The translations under genes were made by a program, and so were the position numbers. From Eledone cirrhosa (Eukaryota), in contig OZ024740.1 of NCBI GenBank assembly GCA_964016885.1, forward strand, positions 432,016,001 through 432,080,000: DNA of 64,000 bases, given 5' to 3'. Positions 60,301-64,000 of this stretch are shown here, one piece after another; the first letter of the stretch is position 1; each line of letters starts with the position of its first letter. Under the pieces are notes generated by a model that saw only the letters and a program-made list of their open reading frames with translations, ran no database searches and was not told where the DNA came from.

Positions 60301-63300
60301 ATATTACATAGTTTCTACAACAGAACACAACAGTCACCTAATGGGGAAGACGGACATTGTCAGGCTACAGCTGCCATGTTATATAGTTTCTACAACAGAC
60401 CACAACAGTCACCTAGTGGGTAAGACAGACATTATCTGGCTACAGCTGCCATATTATATAGTTTCTACAACAGACCACAACAGTCACCTAGTGGGGAAGA
60501 CAGACATTATCAGGCTACAGCTGCCATATTATATAGTTTCTACAACAGACCACAACAGTCACCTAGTGGGGAAGACAGACATTATCTGGCTACAGCTGCC
60601 ATATTTTATAGTTTCTACAACAGACCACAACAGTCACCTAGTGGGGAAGACAGACATTATCAAGCTACAGCTGCAATATTATATAGTTTCTACAACAGAC
60701 CACAACAGTCACCTAGTGGGGAAGAGAGACATTATCTGGCTACAGCTGCCATATTATATAGTTTCTACAACAGACCACAACAGTCACCTAGTGGGGAAGA
60801 CAGACATTATCAGGCTACAGCTGCCATATTATATAGTTTCTACAACAGAACACAACAGTCACCTAGTGGGGAAGATAGACATTATCAGGCTGCAGCTGTC
60901 ATATTACATAGTTTCTACAACAGAACACAACAGTCACCTAATGGGGAAGACAGACATTATCAGGCTACAGCTGCCATATTATATAGTTTCTACAACAGAC
61001 CACAACAGTCACCTAGTGGGGAAGACAGACATTATCAGGCTACAGCTGTCATATTACATAGTTTCTACAACAGACCACAACAGTCACCTAGTGGGGAAGA
61101 CAGACATTATCAGGCTACAGCTGCCATATTATATAGTTTCTACAACAGACCACAACAGTCACCAAATGGGCAAGATAGACATTATCAGGCTACAGCTGTC
61201 ATGTTATATAGTTTCTATAACAGACCACAACAGTCACCTAGTGGGGAAGACAGAAATTATCAGGCTACAGCTGTCATATTACATAGTTTCTACAACAAAC
61301 CACAACAGTCACCTAGTGGGGAACACAGACATTATCAGGCTACAGCTGCCATATTATATAGTTTCTACAACAGACCACAACAGTCACATAGTGGGGAAGA
61401 CAGACATTATCAGGCTACAGCTGTCATATTACATAGTTTCTACAACAGACCACAACAGTCACCTAGTGGGGAAGACAGACATTATCAGGCTACAGCTGCC
61501 ATATTATATAGTTTCTACAACAGACCACAACAGTCACCAAATGGGCAAGATAGACATTATCAGGCTACAGCTGTGATATTATATAGTTTCTACAACAGAC
61601 CACAACAGTCACCTAGTGGGGAAGACAGACATTATCTGGCTACAGCTGCCATATTATATAGTTTCTACAACAGAACACAACAGTCACCTGGGGGGGAAGA
61701 CAGACATTATCAGGCTACAGCTGTCATATTACATAGTTTCTACAACAGAACACAACAGTCACCTAATGGGGAAGACAGACATTGTCAGGCTACAGCTGCC
61801 ATGTTATATAGTTTCTACAACAGACCACAACAGTCACCTAGTGGGGAAGACAGACATTATCTGGCTACAGCTGCCATATTATATAGTTTCTACAACAGAC
61901 CACAACAGTCACCTAGTGGGGAAGACAGACATTATCAGGCTACAGCTGCCATATTATATAGTTTCTACAACAGACCACAACAGTCACCTAGTGGGGAAGA
62001 CAGACATTATCTGGCTACAGCTGCCATATTTTATAGTTTCTACAACAGACCACAACAGTCACCTAGTGGGGAAGACAGACATTATCAGGCTACAGCTGCA
62101 ATATTATATAGTTTCTACAACAGACCACAACAGTCACCTAGTGGGGAAGACAGACATTATCTGGCTACAGCTGCCATATTATATAGTTTCTACAACAGAG
62201 CACAACAGTCACCTAGTGGGGAAGACAGACATTATCAGGCTACAGCTGCCATATTATATAGTTTCTACAACAGAACACAACAGTCACCTAGTGGGGAAGA
62301 TAGACATTATCAGGCTACAGCTGTCATATTACATAGTTTCTACAACAGAACACAACAGTCACCTAATGGGGAAGACAGACATTATCAGGCTACAGCTGCC
62401 ATATTATATAGTTTCTACAACAGACCACAACAGTCACCTAGTGGGGAAGACAGACATTATCAGGCTACAGCTGTCATATTACATAGTTTCTACAACAGAC
62501 CACAACAGTCACCTAGTGGGGAAGACAGACATTATCAGGCTACAGCTGTCATATTACATAGTTTCTACAACAGACCACAACAGTCACATAGTGGGGAAGA
62601 CGGACATTATCAGGCTACAGCTGTCATATTACATAGTTTCTACAACAGACCACAACAGTCACATAGTGGGGAAGATAGACATTATCAGGCTACAGCTGTC
62701 ATATTATATAGTTTCTACAACAGACCACAACAGTCACATAGTGGGGAAGACAGACATTATCAGGCTACAGCTGTCATATTACATAGTTTCTACAACAGAA
62801 CACAACAGTCACCAAATGGGGAAGACAGACATTATCAGGCTACAGCTGCTATATTATATAGTTTCTACAACAGACCACAACAGTCACCAAATGGGGAAGA
62901 CAGACATTATCAGGCTACAGCTGCGATATTATATAGTTTCTACAACAGACCACAACAGTCACCAAATGGGCAAGATAGACATTATCAGGCTACAGCTGTC
63001 ATATTATATAGTTTCTACAACAGACCACAACAGTCACCTAGTGGGGAAGACAGACATTATCAGGCTACAGCTGCCATATTATATAGTTTCTACAACAGAC
63101 CACAACAGTCACCTAGTGGGGAAGACAGGCATTATCAGGCTACAGCTGTCATATTACATAGTATCTACAACAGACCACAACAGTCACCTAGTGGGGAAGA
63201 CAGACATTATCAGGCTACAGCTGCCATATTATATAGTTTCTACAACAGACCACAACAGTCACCTAGTGGGGAAGAAAGACATTATCAGGCTACAGCTGCC

Positions 63301-64000
63301 ATATTATATAGTTTCTACAACAGAACACAACAGTCACCTAGTGGGGAAGACAGACATTATCAGGCTACAGCTGTCATATTACATAGTTTCTACAACAGAA
63401 CACAACAGTCACTAAATGGGGAAGACAGACATTATCAGGCTACAGCTGTCATATTATATAGTTTTTACAACAGACCACAACAGTCACCTAGTGGGGAAGA
63501 CAGACATTATCAGGCTACAGCTGTCATATTATATAGTTTCTATAACAGACCACAACAGTCACCTAGTGGGGAAGACAGACATTATCAGGCTACAGCTGTC
63601 ATATTACATAGTTTCTACAACAGACCACAACAGTCACCTAGTGGGGAAGACAGACATTATCAGGCTACAGCTGTCATATTACATGGTTTCTACAACAGAC
63701 CACAACAGTCACATAGTGGGGAAGACAGACATTATCAGGCTACAGCTGTCATATTACATAGTTTCTACAACAGACCACAACAGTCACCTAGTGGGGAAGA
63801 CAGACATTATCAGGCTACAGCTGTCATATTACATAGTTTCTACAACAGACCACAACAGTCACCTAGTGGGGAAGACAGACATTATCAGGCTACAGCTGTC
63901 ATGTTATATAGTTTCTACAACAGACCACAACAGTCACCAAATGGGGAAGACAGACATTATAAGGCTACAGCTGTCATATTATATAGTTTCTACAACAGAC
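47970..64000. repeat. HOR family B, right cluster of ~3.5 copies (57, 61 and 62 monomers)
   Basis: The equivalent 599-aa pseudo-ORF starts at 48117, 52392, 56966 and 61616 (spacings 4275, 4574 = 61x75-1, 4650). The marker order matches 15800-24660. Confidence 0.9.
55050..55051. other. Same 1-bp deletion in the duplicated copy
   Basis: Line 55021 reads 'ctacagctgc atattatata'. It lies 32174 bp from the first deletion in identical flanking variant context. Confidence 0.95.

Larger units (their letters stand above)
1..64000. repeat. 75-bp tandem satellite array, ~853 head-to-tail monomers, extending beyond both window ends
   Basis: Seen directly: the text recurs every 75 bp (the 60-bp lines recur in register every 300 bp). 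Consensus from position 1 is YCATATTAYATAGTTTCTACAACAGAMCACAACAGTCACCTAGTGGGGAAGACAGACATTATCWGGCTACAGCTG. Monomers differ by a few substitutions. Register shifts by 1 bp only at ~22876 and ~55050. No inversion or foreign insertion seen. Confidence 0.99.

Noticed and set aside
1053-60423. Repeat-protein ORFs of unit YSFYNRPQQSPSGEDRHYQATAVIL, up to ~2800 aa
   Set aside because: They overlap the other open frame. All main dimorphisms are non-synonymous (A/V, Y/H, P/T, Q/L, S/N) and stops recur (CAATAG, ATATGA, GGGTAA). There is no sign of codon-level selection, though translation cannot be formally excluded without Ribo-seq or proteomics.
43-63415. Repeat-protein ORFs of unit GKTDIIRLQLSYYIVSTTDHNSHLV
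   Set aside because: They are a by-product of a 75-bp unit lacking a stop in this frame. Recurrent stop alleles (CTGTGA, CACTAA, CTGTAA) have been amplified with the HORs, common variants are mostly non-synonymous (S/P, R/W, D/E, L/Q/I), there are no unique termini, and I recognise no domain.
1-64000. CRISPR array
   Set aside because: There are no unique spacers; the entire 75 bp repeats, and no cas genes are present.
1-64000. Pure artefact such as a rolling-circle concatemer or synthetic DNA
   Set aside because: Ordered, shared variants forming nested HORs indicate real evolutionary history. Exact copy number and the large duplication still need read support.

Overview
The whole 64-kb window is one uninterrupted head-to-tail satellite array of a 75-bp monomer (~853 copies, all in the same orientation, running off both ends). 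The majority + strand monomer is TCATATTATATAGTTTCTACAACAGACCACAACAGTCACCTAGTGGGGAAGACAGACATTATCAGGCTACAGCTG (41% GC, no CpG). I see no genes, RNA genes, transposons, unique sequence or CRISPR spacers. The long ORFs in the track arise because a 25-codon monomer happens to lack stops in two + frames. Recurrent point variants reveal nested structure: 2-, 3-, 4-, 8- and 9-monomer local duplications, higher-order repeats (HORs) of ~50 and ~57-62 monomers, and a ~20-kb segmental duplication at 32-36 kb offset that carries the only indel I found. The most intriguing, though inferential, observation is on the minus strand. There each monomer reads as a complete 75-nt GT...AG intron-like unit (donor-like GTGACT, branch-like CTGAT at -23, pyrimidine tract, TAG) abutting the next with no exon, which gives a potential array of AG|GT recursive-splice-like sites. 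The organism and satellite family are not identified; a eukaryotic, probably animal, origin is an inference.
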